A stretch of DNA of 63,530 nucleotides, the filler included, from Craspedostauros australis (Eukaryota): NCBI GenBank assembly GCA_030167865.1. It is 9 parts of 9 records of this genome, joined end to end, with 100 filler letters (N's around TTAATTAATTAA, not from the genome) between each part and the next. Parts side by side here need not be neighbours in the genome. Positions count along the whole stretch, not along the records: positions 5,651 to 36,900 come from JALAGF010003925.1; 8 more parts are not named here. One strand, 5' to 3'. The position numbers and the translations under genes were made by a program. The notes under the pieces are model-generated. The model ran no database searches, was not told where the DNA came from, and saw only the letters and a list, made by a program, of their open reading frames with translations. Positions 20,937-34,470 of this stretch are shown here, piece by piece. The stretch's first letter is position 1. Every line of letters begins with the position of its first letter.

Positions 20937-23009
20937 CTACACCCAAACCACCTTCTCGTCGAGGTCATCCATGGAGATGCCCAGGACACTGAGCAGGAGA
21001 TCAGGGTTGACCTCGAAGTAGCTGTTGATGTTCTCCAATGCCACCGTCATCTGTTCCTGGACCTGCTGCTTTAGGTTGGTGGCGACGATGTCCGTCAACT
21101 TGCCGCCGAACTGAACAAACGCCAAGCCAGAGACGGGATGCGGAGGAAAGCGCAAAGGCAGACGAGAGGGAAGAATCACAAGATGGCGCAATGTCGAGGG
21201 GAGGATGGATGTGTGAGGGGTGCAGGGTTCGTCAAGCGGTTCGTTTCGATCGCCATCAGCATGAACGCAAAGTGCACTTTCACGATCAACTGGGTTCGCG
21301 TGGAGCATGACACCAAAGCTTGGTTGAGATACATCAATGACCGAAGGCAGGTTCTGGACCCCTTCTTCCTTTCATTCTCCACCCAGCACGCATGGCCACA
21401 AAGGATTCTTGCGATTTGCCGTGCTTCCCGTTCTTCATTCTAAACCGACACTGCAGGACATCGCATCGCATCTCGTCACATGGCACCACGGCGTTTCATC
21501 GACTTACATTCTCAACGACCTTGTTGAGCAACCAATCCGCACCCGTGTCTTTCAACTTGAACATGACCTTTTCCAGTCGGACATCCAATTCACGCAGCTG
21601 AAGTACCGGAACAGCAACCTGCGACCCGAACTTCACCACGTGCTCCTTGACGCACGCGATGCGTAGTTTCATGGACACATTCTGCACGATCAGACTGCCG
21701 CTGCCCTGGAACACAGGATCGAAGATGGTTCGTTTGGATTCGTGCTTTTGAATGCAGAATTTGAACTGGTCCAACCGCAACGAGAGGCTCTTCATCTCGA
21801 GGAAGCAAACTGTGGGATCGAAGCGAGGGTTGAAGCGTGTGTGCGAATGGGCCTGGGCTGGGCTGCCGCCATCTGGATTTGGGATCTCCGTGGTGCTACC
21901 GAAGAAGGATGATCTCGACGCCTGTCGTTGCTGGTGCTTCTTGTGCTGCATCTCCAAGAGCTGGCGAGTGTCCGGGGCTGCCTTAGACAACACCGATTCG
22001 GTGGACAATGACGTCCGGTCGTTGCTCTCCTGGTCGAGCGCATTCTGCGCATCAGGATCGACGTCTACACTGTCGACGCCGTCGTTGTCGTCATCGCCAC
22101 TCTTTTCACGTTCCTGCTGCAGCTTGATCTGATACGAAACGTCCCGGATCGCGATTTCCAACAGTTCGTCATCGTCAATTTCCAAATTGCGCCAAAGTTC
22201 GATTGCGCAGTTCAGCACAGATGAGACTGGAAGGCCTCCCAAGACGGAGGCAATGTAACGATCGGTCGGAGGCTGTCCCACCCCACCGACACCTGACTTC
22301 CAGCATCCGAATTGCTGGGCCTGCTCCAGCATTTCGCGGATGTGGTCCAGCACTGAATTCTCAATGTGCCTTTTCTTGTATGGAGTTGAACGTGCTGCTT
22401 TGCTAGACGAAGTCGTCGATGACAAAGATGCTCTCGTTGTTGGCGTTGGTGACTTCGATGCTGTCGCAGTGCTGTCTGGACGGGTCTCCTTTGCATGTGA
22501 CTGTCCATTTACATCCGGCGAAGATAGCGTTGCGGTTGGAGCGGAGCTTGATGTTGTTTTTGGCGACATTGGTGTAGCTGCAGCCTGGTATTGTCTCGAC
22601 TCGTACGTCGTTGCGGATATGATGGATTCTGCATCGTCCTCATCAGCGAGCATGGGGAAGAAGATAGTGTCACCGCCCATGATCTGGCACGTGAGATTCT
22701 CACGTCGGATGTTAACGTCCGACAGCATCAGATCACCGCCATCCGCACCACGGCAAGTGATCACCCATCCTTCTCCCAAGTCTCGTTTCTCGATCGGGAT
22801 GGACATTTTCGGCAGGTAGGCCTGCGAATGTAGCAGACGCAACAAGGATAAAGAGTTATGGAGTGCACACGAGACGCAATGTAATGTTGGTCAACCAGTT
22901 GCTTTCATATGAAACTCACGCGCGCATCAGGATCATAAATTTTGAACGGTCGTAACGTGTGTGGTCTCACGCATTGCCGCCATAGCACAGCATCATGAAA
23001 CACAGTAGC

Positions 23010-23082
<73 letters not shown>

Positions 23083-26000
23083 CCATGCCAAACATGACAT
23101 TGGACTTACCAGGAACCGCTCAATGGCAATTGCCGTTTTTTCTCGGATGAACTGATTGAGTCTATCAGCATCCTCCACGGCGTCCGATGCCTCCTTGAGG
23201 AACATGTCCAGATCCACCTCGTCCATCAGGTTCAGGATATCATCCTCGATGCTGTGAAGAGCGTGTAAAGCAAGAGCGAGTTCACGTAGAGTAGACGAAT
23301 GGTCAATCACAGTTAGATGGAGCTGCATAGAACATGATCACGCAACAACCGAAACAGGCGCATGAACACGCATACATGCACACACACAACAAAAACGTAC
23401 CTCGAATAATATGGCAGCACCGTCATCATGTCTTGGACATCCTTCGAGAAGGATTCCAGCGCCAAAATGAGCTTCATGTCGATGTCATGAATGATGCGCT
23501 CCGCATCTTCCTCCAACAAAAAGTCCAGCCAGTCCTGCGTCATGTCACCGTCGGAAATTTTATGGAATTGGGCGACGCACAAGGAGAACAGGTTGGCCAG
23601 CGGGAGCATGAAATCCTTGGCATTCGCTGGCAATCGAGATGCCGCCCATGACAGTTCGGCATCGGCAGCATCCAGCACCGGGATCCACAATCGACCCGAC
23701 ACAGACAGATCCTTCAGCATGCGCAGATGTCGCAATGACTTGAAGTTGGAGGCGTGCATGGCAAGCATCCACGATGCGCCTTGCTCTTTGCGAAAGACCC
23801 GCACGAAGATGCGTTCCAAAAGGTCAAATAGGTCGTTGTTCAGCAACAGCTTGAGGATGGATCGTCTTGGAGTTGCCATCGATTGGATGAAGTTGGCGAA
23901 TTGAACCAACTTTGCGTTGTTCCGAGCCGCGGCCGCTCCGCCGCCGTTCCTGCCGCCGCCACCGGCAAAGTGCTTGATCAGGAACTGCGCCGTCTTCTTG
24001 ACATGCTCCAGACTCTCATCGTCCAAGATCTTGGAGTCCACCAACGCAGTTTCGATCTGCTCCGCACAACGGAACCAGTCGCCCTGTTCGACGGCCAGCA
24101 GCAAGAAATCATCCTGGACGATAATGTCCACGAAACGCAGCGTGCGGATCTTGGCACGCCGCCCCTGCTTCTCGGCACGTTGGCGAATCCCATCGGCGAT
24201 CTTTTCCAACCGCTCCTTCAGCGGACCGAACGTGGTGACGACTTCATCCCATGCCCGGCGCCAGATCTTCAATGATTTTTCGGACGTGTTCTTTTGCTGC
24301 ACCTTGACGACCGTCTTGGCGAAGAGCAAGAATTCGTAGCAGATCGACATGCCCAGCTTGAATTCTGGATCATCCTTGCAGGAGGCCCGGGCGATGGAGA
24401 CCGTTCGCATCAAAGCGCGAATCAAGACGAAGGTGCGATCGTACGAGGACAGCTTGGCCTTGTGGTCATACTCTGAATGCTCCACCTCGATGCTTTCAAC
24501 CTGCCCAATGTCGCCGTAATCACCCTGCTGCTGATTCACGAAGACGCCACCAAAGAAATCGTTCATGATCCAGAATCCATTCTCATCCTTTTGATGATCC
24601 TCCAATAAGCCCGTGGATACGGAACTCGTGGACGCTGTGATGATGACATCGGAGACGTTGTTGTTGCTGATGTTGCTGCCGTTATTGTGACGATTCTTGC
24701 TCCTGGCAGCAGCAGCCTCGTGCATGTCGTTGCTGGTCTTGTCCAGATTCTCCAAAAAGTTGATGACGGACGCCAGGAAATGATTCATGCCTTCGTCGAA
24801 TTCGTTGTCCTCCTCGATGGCCTTGAGGAAGCTGTCCCACACCAGCCCGGCGTACTTGGCGATGTTCTCCCAGTACGTGACGGTGCGATTACCATCGTTC
24901 TTGTCGTCCTTCCTATGCGAGGCCTCGTTGACGGCAACATTGTAGGTATCTAGCTGAAGCTGGTACTGCGCCGCACCGCGGATGAACTCAATGACGGGCA
25001 TGAACTGCGCGCTGTCGCACCCGCGCACATCGCAGCGATTCAATTCCAGGACGTTGTCCTTGTGCCGACCTTCCTCCTTGATCTTGACGAAGAATCGGCC
25101 CGAACGAAAGTCGCGACCGCCATCGGTGTACGAAAGCACCTCGCCCTTGCCCAGCGCGGTTGTGACCTCGAATCCCACGGCCGCCTCCATCGTAGCCGTG
25201 ATGGCGTCGCGTTGCAGGTAGGCCAGTGCGGATCCTGGGCCACGCCGCTGCCACAGCGATCGCACGATGTGCACGTCATCTTCGACACGCCATCCCACCA
25301 GGACGCCCAACCCGAACATGGTCGCAACGCATGATCCGATGGGCAATTTGGAATGCTTGGGCACGAATCGGGCATCCCAATCATCCATGACACGGTACGT
25401 GAGCTCCGCGAATTCGCCATTGCGCAAATAGGATCGATCCAATTTGACCGTGACGGCGAGGCAATTCGTGCGGCGTCGCCTGATGCGCGATGTTGATTTG
25501 GCGCCGCTGCCGATGTAGATGCGCTTGCTCATGACGACCGTCGCCATTTGGAATTGCGATTCCCTCACGTTGCGATTCGATCGGCATCCCGGTTGAATGG
25601 GGAAAAGCGGCACGGCGACCTTGACACCGGGCAGAAGCAACGGCCGCGGCGGGCTGTTGGGCGTGACACCGTCGTCTGGTTCCTTGTAACACACGACTTC
25701 GATGGATTCTGTCTTCTTTTCGTCGTCGTCCAGCTCCTGTTCTTCGTGCGACACGCTGACCGCCAACTGCAAGTAGTCGCCGTTGTCGGCTTTGGCCGTC
25801 CCACTGATGATGACCTCCTGTCCGTCCAGCTCCACCTCCGTCTCGTCTTCCTCCTCGCGCGGTCGCATGGAGAGGATACCGGACGGCGCCTTGAACTGCT
25901 TGGAAACCTTCTTCCATCGCTTGCGCGCCATGACACGCGACGGCGATTCATTGGCCGTGATGGAACCGTGATGATCCTGGACCTCGACGTGCAGGAAGGA

Positions 26001-28127
26001 TGATTTCTTTCGATCTTGGTGATCTGGCGTGCCCACCGCTTTTGCAGCCGCCGAAGCCGACGTCCACATGTTGTGCACAGGTCTGGGCACGACGTCAATG
26101 GACAAGGCCGGTTTGGACGTCGCTGTGAGGGTGTCGGCGCTGCTCGCGAGGGCATCCCGGCTGATGCTGTCGTCGAGCTTGTCGCCCGCGCTGTGCGCAT
26201 CCTCAATGGAACTTTCGTCACCATCGTACAACGGTGGCGCATCAATCCCAGGGCTTTCTGCCGATTTCCGATGCTTGCGTGCCGTAAGCTGATTGTTGAC
26301 GGATTGCTTGATGTTGAGGATGCGCTCGGCTGTGTCCTGCGAGGCCAAGGTGCGTTGGACATGTGCCGAACCCAGAATCTTCATTCCAATCTCGGCACCG
26401 ACATCCATCCAATTCAAATCGACGTCGGAATTGTTGGAGAGCAGGGTTGTGCTGGGCCCAATCGTGAGCGAGGCGGAGTCCGACATGACGTCGGTATCGG
26501 TATCCGTGTCCGTATCACCACTGTCACGATCACCATCATCGTCATCATCATCCACAGATAGGATTGGATCCAAACGCGCCAAGCTTTGCGTGGCCGGAGA
26601 CTGCTGCTGCCGCGATTTCTGCTGCGGCGATTCATGAATGAGCTCAATGGCTCCGCAGGACTGTGAGCGATCCTTGTCTGGTTGTTGTTCCACAATGACA
26701 GACTGCAAGTGCGGCTCGTTGCGCTGAAGCTTGCGACGTTGCTTGCGATGCGTGGAGTCGTGCACCATGACGGCACAAAAGGTGATGGCGCACAGATGCT
26801 GCGCCGTTTGCGAACTCCATCGATCGTCGCGTGAGACCGTGGGCGGGGGCATGCGCGAGACCGTGGCCTGTGCATTGAAGGTGCGCTGGTACCGCACTTC
26901 GGCCGTGGGTCGTTTGTCAAAGACGAAGCCTTGGGCGTCCCATTCTCGGCCCTGGTAGATACGTCCTGCGAGGAGGATGTCATCGAACCATTGGAAGTGA
27001 TGTATGGCGGCATTTAGGAATCGGGTGTAGAATGGTTGGGGAGCGTCGGGTTGGATGTGCCTTGAGAAAAGAAAGTCCTCCAGTTCTTGGACGTCGACCA
27101 GGCAACGCAGAATGATCATGGAGAGGACGGTGGTGATATGGAATGTGGATGCGGCGATCATACAGGTTTGTATCGTCAAAGTGATACCGCCCAGTATGAT
27201 GAGAATGATGAAGATGAGGAAGCTCTTTTGTAACTTTTGCATTTGCTTCCTTGACATTTTCCACGGCAGTGTTGTTGCTTTTGGTGATATTGACATTGAT
27301 ATTGATGATGACTGTTGTTGTGGTGGTGGTTGCTGCGTTGATATTGGTGGTGTGGATGGTGACACCTGTTGCGAGGTGAGGACATGACGCACGTATTGCA
27401 AGTGTCGCCTCCAATCCAATCGGATGATACCATAACGCAAGCACTGCATCATGTTTTGCAGCAACTGCAAGTTCTTGGAACTGAAGAGAGGTCCGATGGC
27501 GGGCACAGTGGAGTCGTCGTGGATGTGCTGTTGGATGTGCTGTTGCATGGAGGCAGGATCACGATCACCACTGGGATCTGCACTGCGAGATGACGATTGA
27601 TACCGGAATTGCGGCGACGCATTGAGGACATCCGCAAGATGAATGCCGAGATGATCGCGCTGGTCCTTCTTGGCCTCGTCCTGAATGTGAAGGAAGTGAT
27701 CGCCGTTGTTCATGACCTCATCGATGAGCTTCTTCCAGGATGTGGAGACGGGCTTCTTCTTGCGCGTCATGGTGGACTTGCGCAGCAGCGGCGACCGCGG
27801 GATCGGCGACTCAAGCCTGAGCAACCTTCTGTTGGCAGCGCTGCTCGTGGGCGTCGACAAGACGGCATTGCTGTTCATCGGTTTCGGACTCTTCTGTTGC
27901 AGCTGCTGCAGCTGTTGTTGCTGGTGGTGCCGCAGCTGCTGATGCTGGCGTCTGGACGGCGACTGAGACATCCTGAGGGATGGACCGAGCGACGGTCGCT
28001 GCAGAACTGGCTGCGAGACTGGAGAGTACAGACTGTCGGCACTGTGCGATCGTGGACTCGAGCGCTGACTCGAATGCCGGCGCAATGGAGACTCTGTTCC
28101 CAGCGTTCTCTTGCTCGTCGAGATCAT
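20937..28127 (-). CDS. Large (~2118 aa) membrane-anchored protein of unknown function; 4 exons (28127-23401, 23251-23110, 22821-21508, 21110-20937)
   Basis: Phase-consistent GT-AG junctions join four ORFs; two N-terminal hydrophobic helices; TxxGxG beta-barrel-like repeats; beta-rich C-terminus. Confidence 0.82.
23010..23082. repeat. (ATCA)~18 microsatellite in intron 2
   Basis: Perfect tetranucleotide run. Confidence 0.97.
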
Positions 28128-28670
28128 CTTGCTTTCGCGAGTGCGTCTGTTTGGTTGTATGGTTGTTTGATTGTGTAGTTATGTGGTGGTGATGCAGGTG
28201 ATGAAACAACAGACCACTGTGGAGGAGCGTGGAATCGTCTACCACCAATACATGCGATTATAGTCGCCTATCGCAATGCACCGCGTTTCCTTGGAGATTC
28301 GTTTCTCGATCGTTGCTATGCGCTGCACTCTGCAGTACTGCCACAAGTGATCGTCGAGAACAGGGTTGAGCTGTCTTGTGTTGTGTTGAGAGCAGCAACT
28401 GCCAATGTGGACAACACCGTTGATACTCGGCTCCTCCCTCCGAATGAACAGATCACACAGTAGTACCCTGCGCGACCGTTTCGTTGGTTGAATGGTGTTG
28501 CCCGAACACCCACGATCACCAAACACGCCACGCGTACTCGCACCACAGAACGCAAACAAGAAAAGCAACACCGCGAAAAAGCGAGGCAGTTGTCATTCGT
28601 TCACCACAAAACCCAAGTCACGCGTCGTGGCGACCGTTGGCTTTTCTTACAGAAGTCTACAAATTCTAAT

Positions 28671-29767
28671 CTAGACAAACTTGCGTCGGCAACACGGACA
28701 CGGTGCTTCTTTGCCATGCTCCTCGTCCCGATGATCCAAATGATGCAGCACCAAGTAATCCGTGATGCAATCTTCATGAAAGCCGTGCGTGCACTGTTGC
28801 GATGACACGATCAGCACGTCTTCTGCGGCGTACGTGTCCAAGCAGATGGCGCAGATGCCGTCGTACGTTGTGGTTTCGTTGTTCCTCGTGATCTCGATGT
28901 ATTGCGAGGATACTGGGACCGACATGGCCGATAGCTTTTGCGGTTGCAGTTCGATGTCGCCGTCGTCAGCATTTGCGTCATCGGGAAGTTGCTTGGGTTT
29001 GGCCTGTTCTTCCATGGTGTCGTCCTCATCTTGGATGATGTTGCTTTCCGAGAGTTTCTATTAATAGAGTATGTGAGAGGAGGAGAATATTGTGATGGTC
29101 GCGCGATCCACACAAAAAGACATCAGGAATGGAGTGGGATGAAGTGGATGAATGAGGAAGCGATGGTTCTTCTGCGGGAGCACGAGTATGTTGCGTTCTT
29201 TCACATTGTCGTGCATACCCGCACTGCCATGTGATCTGCTTTCACCACAGACACCATCACCAAGCTTCCTTCGTTCCTTCTCAACAAATCACGCCACGAG
29301 ACCGTAATTGAACCATACCACACATCCTTCGCTGCCAATCGATCAAAGCACTAACAGCAGCAACAATGAGCAACAGGCAGACTGCATGAGTACGGAGATA
29401 GAGTACTTACGATACGCATCGCGTGCTCTTCGTACAGCTCCTCCAACTTCTTGCGGTATTCTTCGGCTTCCTTCTGCTGATCGCGCGGCGGAGCCGCCAG
29501 CCGCGATGACGATATCAGAGAGAATCGCGACAGATTCGATCGACGTTGCAGTTCGCGCTGCCGCAGCCGCTGCAGATGGTGCTGTTCCGGTGTGCTGTGC
29601 GGGATGCTGGACGGGATGTACCGATCGCGGCAGAACCAGTACCGCAGCTGGTTCATGAACAGCACGTAAAGCAGGAACACAAGGAAGGCGATGCCCGCCA
29701 CGAGGCCGGCGATCTGACCGGCGTCGAAATTGTCATCGCTGTCGTTGGCGCTGTCATCGCTGTTCAT
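28671..29767 (-). CDS. Transmembrane RING-H2 E3 ubiquitin ligase (ATL-like); exons 29767-29411 and 29057-28671
   Basis: TM IAGLVAGIAFLVFLLYVLF; CAIC…CTHGFHEDC…CPCC RING-H2; phase-0 GTAAGT…TAG intron; start may be 29818. Confidence 0.87.
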
Positions 29768-30636
29768 GTCGCTGAGGGCGTCGCTCAGTTGGAGGCAGCG
29801 AAGGAATTGGTGCGTCATGCGGGTTTCCACCGTCTTGATGGATATCGTTGTTGTTGTTGGCGCTATTGACGCTATTGGCACTGTTTGTTCTTGTTCTGTT
29901 TGGATACGATGCAGACGTCAAGGATGCTGATGTATAATAGTATAATAGAGAAGTATACAATGGAACAGAGGATCTGGCCTCTCTTGGATGCGACAGGCAA
30001 TTCGAGAGTCGCAACAATGTGATTTCTGCGAACTGTTGTGATGTAACCCTTCTTTCGTGTGTTCGCTGTGTTCGAATTGCTTCCTTCTTCAGTTTTGTGA
30101 ACAAACCAGCGATCACCTCTGCAAGCAATCGATCACCTCGAAATCTTGCGGGACTGAACAGAACTTCCCAAGCAACAACGATCACGTGGGAAATCCACGA
30201 TCAAGATTGCACACCTGCGAACGGGTCACTTGTTGTCCTTCGTTGAGCACGACCACAACAGAAGTACGTAATAGAAGAATCGAATGTCATGTGAACCACC
30301 TCCACGACCGACACCGACATTGGCATCGACATCAGTTCGCGTGGATCTCTCTCTCTCTCTTTTCGGTACGAGTATTGCATGCTGTTGATTGCGCGAGTGT
30401 GATGATTGCACCAGACTCTGGCAAGGTCAGAAGCTCTGCGGAGGCAAGCCATTTGGTGGGTTGCCGTACCGTTGTTTCATTGCTTTGTATCGTGTCACGT
30501 TGTGCAAGCACAGACTCAGCGCATCGCCGTCCAGCATCTCCGCTGCACAGTGTTGTATAATATTATGCAATCAATTTGTAGGTAGAGGAGAGGAATTCAA
30601 CTCCACCAAATCAGATTTAAAGTATTCCAACTCTTC

Positions 30637-32556
30637 CTACATCTCCAATGTCATCGTATACTGCGTGATTGCGAATATGCTGACGATCCCCATCATGAGC
30701 GCCGAGAACTTGGCCCACTTGTGCTCGGAATCCTCCCACTCTTCCGGAATGACCTCTGTGGCGCCAACGTAGACGAAGGTTCCAGCCACGATCGCCACCA
30801 TGATGGAATCCACAATGGGCGCTGCAAATTCGTTGACTGCCATGCCGAGCGCCACACCGATGGGTCCCATGGCACTGAAGATGGAGAGGAAGCGGATGAT
30901 CTGCGGTTTCGGCATGCCGGATTTGAGGAAGGCGACCAACAGGGCGATGGACTCGGCAGGCTGTGTTGATTGTGGTATTGGCATAGAAGAACAGTAGTCG
31001 AACGGTTGTCGACAGCAATGCCGGCAGTGTCGTTGCAGGTTCAGGCGTTCGTGTAAGTGAGATTGGTTGATATTCCGAACAAATGAGAGGCATGTGTGAG
31101 AAGGCAGGAACGAATCAGCAAATGGCACCGATGGAGATCCAGTATTGCAAGCAGGCGATCGTCGCCTCCCACGACCAAAGAAACCATCCAGGTAATTTCA
31201 TTCATGCAATTTCAGCCAAGCATTTCTGTACTCGTAGTATGCCCAATCCCAAGCACACCCCCGTTGTCATCCACTCAGCACACTCACCTGATGCAACGCA
31301 ATGGATAACGTCAAGATGGCAGAATCTCCAAAGGTATCCGCCAAACCCAAGGCCACCATTTCCAGCACGGAATGCACGGCCAACGCGCCCAGCAAGATTA
31401 CCGCGCTGCGACCACTCGTGACCACGGCGTCTTCCTCGCTGGCCTCTTTGTTCTTCTTGTGATCTTGCGCATGCTCCATCTCGTGCAAGATATCGTGCGC
31501 ATCGAAGGCGACCTTCTCAAAGAAGAAGATGAGGAGATACCCGCCCAACACGAGCATGTAGGGCATGACCTCGGTGAAGGAGGCGGGCAGGTTGGTGAAG
31601 GCGGACGCTGCCTCGTGCTGAAAGCCATGGACGCATTCCGGGATGAGATGGCCGAACGCCAAACTGAGAAAGACGCCACCCGAGAAGGCGTTGGCCATGC
31701 TGAGTGCGAATTTGTTTTCGGAGATCTTCTTGCTGCGCAGCGGCAGCAACCAGCACAGGACGTTGATGGTGGTGAGGATGGCCTGGAATATGACCTTCCA
31801 CCCATTGAGCGGGATACCGTACGGCATGGCCTTAGTGGCGGCCGCGGTCGCGGCATCCGTCGCCACGGAGGCAGCTGCAGCATGGGAATGACCTCCGCGC
31901 AGTTCCATCCACGAACCAAGGACCTCTCTCTTTGCAGTTTGGTACTGATCGTTCACTTTTTGATTTGCATCATCATTGGCATCCTGCGTCCCTATCTGAA
32001 GCTGCGCATGCGCCTGGCACATTCTGTAGACACTCTGGACGGTCTTCTGATCTCCATGCAGGCATGGATAGCAGTTGGTGCAGCAGTCCTCCGGATCATG
32101 GACAACGCGAGACGAGTGCAGGTGCGACATTGACGTGGACTTGCCACGTCCGGACGAACCGAAGGCCTTGCCGACGGCGTCCGGCAGAGAACGGATGGAA
32201 GACAGAACACGTTTCTGCTTGCGGGGGCCGCTGCTGTGCGACCCGCACGTGCCATCTCCCTTGAAAGCGGAGCACTGCGACGATGCGGCTGGAGCAGCCT
32301 CCACGAAGATGGAAGACGAAGCCGAGCAAGCAAAGATGCCCTCCTTCTTATCGCCTTTCGCAGTCCGTGGTTTTCCAGTGGTGAATTCCGCATGAAAACC
32401 GCCGCCGCCATGCTGCCTGTGGAAGTGCTTCCACACTTCAGCGGCCTTGCAGAAGGCGACACGCTGCGCAATCAGCACCAAGCACAGCGTCATCATCCCT
32501 TTTGCGTGCAGAGCGGAGACGCGGGCACGGCCACAGTGGCCGCTGTACTGAATCAT
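30637..32556 (-). CDS. ZIP-family (Zn/Fe) metal transporter; exons 32556-31288 and 30960-30637
   Basis: ANAFSGGVFLSLAFGHLIPE, HSVLEMVALG and spliced LHQ|PAESIA signature; multiple TMs; start codon uncertain. Confidence 0.9.
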
Positions 32557-33393
32557 CGTCTCAATCTGTCGACTCAATCTGTCTGCTGACCCTTTCTGCT
32601 CGTTGGGCGGTGCTAAAGCCCCTCGTTCTATTGTGTCTCTTTCTGTCTCGAACCACCTCGGCGTGGATTCCCTCTTGCCTTTTGGCTTCAATGAGCAGCA
32701 GACCTCGATGATGCCGGTGCGAGTTGTGACGAAGTCTCCGCGTATTGATAATGAGGCACCCTCGCTTCCTCTGTTTGTGTTGAAACCTCCCAATTCGGCC
32801 CATGCCCAAGTCCGCCAACAGACCACACGAAAGAAACAGAACGTGGAAGATCGTGAGATTTTCGCTGATTGATTGGTCTTGTTGTTGATGTCCACAAATT
32901 TCACGTGGCGATCTTGTTCTTTCCCTCTGTGTTGCCAACGCGTGATGGACGACGTTGCCAAACGTACACGAGCCAAGCACTTACTTAGATGTTATTAAGG
33001 GCCTAACATACCTCGTGCAACATCGCCGAAGCGAAATGACGTCATGTCGACACGATCGAACCACTCGACCAAATACAGCTTCTCTCCTCATCTGCGTACG
33101 TTGACTTTCTACCACAAAAGGTGTCAAGGCTCAAAAAGATACCAAACCACCACCAACTGCAACACGCTGTGCACTCGTGGAACTGCGCAGGGCACGCGCC
33201 GGCGAACCTCGTTCCGCAACTCGTTTTGTCTCTCACCTCGACCGCCATTCCACTTCTCTGTTTGTCGCTGTCGTCATCTCATTCCAATCCACTTCGTTGC
33301 TTGTTGCATTTCATTTCATTGATTACAACAGCCACAATTCACACCTTGAACCAAGTATTCTATCAGAATATCCAACACAACCTCAATAGCAAG

Positions 33394-34470
33394 ATGAAGT
33401 TCACGACAGCCGCAATCACAGTCGCCACAGTCCTGGCCATGGTGGATGTCTCGACGGCATTCACGCCAGCTCATTTGTCTGCAGCAACCACCAAGAGCAA
33501 GGCCAACGCTGGATCATTCTTCGTGTTGCATGCGGATGCCGTGGCACAGCAGAGCGAAGCTGCCACAACCGAGGCGCATACGACCAAGCCCGTGGAGACA
33601 GCCGTCCTCCAGGACCTCAGCCTGGATCCGGAGCTGAAGCAGCGCGCCATCCTCATCAATCAAATGGAACAGCGCGAAAAGACGCGAACCGATCGTCAAG
33701 CGGCGACCGCGTTCGTTGCCAAGCAGGAGGCTGACCTGAACCAGCGTGGTCTCTTTGCCAACCAGATGCAGCAGCTCAGAAAGATCCGTGCTGAGAATCA
33801 AGCTGCCGCTGCATTCGCCGCCAAGCAATCTGCGGAACTGGCTCAGCGCGCATTGCTGACACAACGTGTCACAGATGAGCAACAGGTACGTGAGAATGCC
33901 GAGGCTGCCACTGCCGCACTCGTTGCGAAACAGGAGGCTGATAGCAGCCAGCGTGCTCTCTTTGCCAACCAGATGCAGCAGCTTGGCAAGACACGCGCCG
34001 ACAATCAAGCGGCCGCTGCCTTCGCCGCCAAACAATCTGCGGAACTCAACCAACGCGCCTTGCTTGCGGAACGTGTCGCAATCGAGCAGCGGATTCAGGC
34101 CGAGCTCGAGGCCCTGGCTGCGGTGCTTCTGGCCAAGCAGGAGGTTGACCGCAACCAGCGCGCACTTTTTGCCAATCAGGTTCAGCAAGAACAGGCCGCG
34201 CGTCACCAACGCAAGGAGGCAGCTGAACTGAAGGCCAAGCAACAAGCCGAGTGGAAGCAACGCGGGGTTCTGATCAATCGTTTGGAGCGTCAGCAGCAAG
34301 CCTACGAAGAGCTTGTGGAACAACGCGCCGCGCTGCAGGCCATGCAAGAGGCACGTCAGCAACCCAAGACTGCGGAGAAGGAGCAGGAGCTGTCGCAGAA
34401 GTACTCAAGCATCGAGGACACTTCGCTACGTGCCTACCAAATCTTGTTGGACTTGGGCATTGTCGGATAG
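33394..34470 (+). CDS. Putative plastid-targeted alpha-helical repeat protein
   Basis: Signal peptide ending STA-F-TP (ASAF-type) followed by a Ser/Thr/Ala-rich transit-like stretch; 7-8 repeats of 34/35 aa (AKQxxELxQRAL); 207-bp higher-order repeat (33751 vs 33958). Confidence 0.8.
   Translation: MKFTTAAITVATVLAMVDVSTAFTPAHLSAATTKSKANAGSFFVLHADAVAQQSEAATTEAHTTKPVETAVLQDLSLDPELKQRAILINQMEQREKTRTDRQAATAFVAKQEADLNQRGLFANQMQQLRKIRAENQAAAAFAAKQSAELAQRALLTQRVTDEQQVRENAEAATAALVAKQEADSSQRALFANQMQQLGKTRADNQAAAAFAAKQSAELNQRALLAERVAIEQRIQAELEALAAVLLAKQEVDRNQRALFANQVQQEQAARHQRKEAAELKAKQQAEWKQRGVLINRLERQQQAYEELVEQRAALQAMQEARQQPKTAEKEQELSQKYSSIEDTSLRAYQILLDLGIVG

Noticed and set aside
33514..34362. 282-aa antisense ORF, and similar long shadow ORFs (e.g. 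14401-15381, 45841-46749)
   Set aside because: Explained by codon bias and repetitiveness of the overlapping real genes
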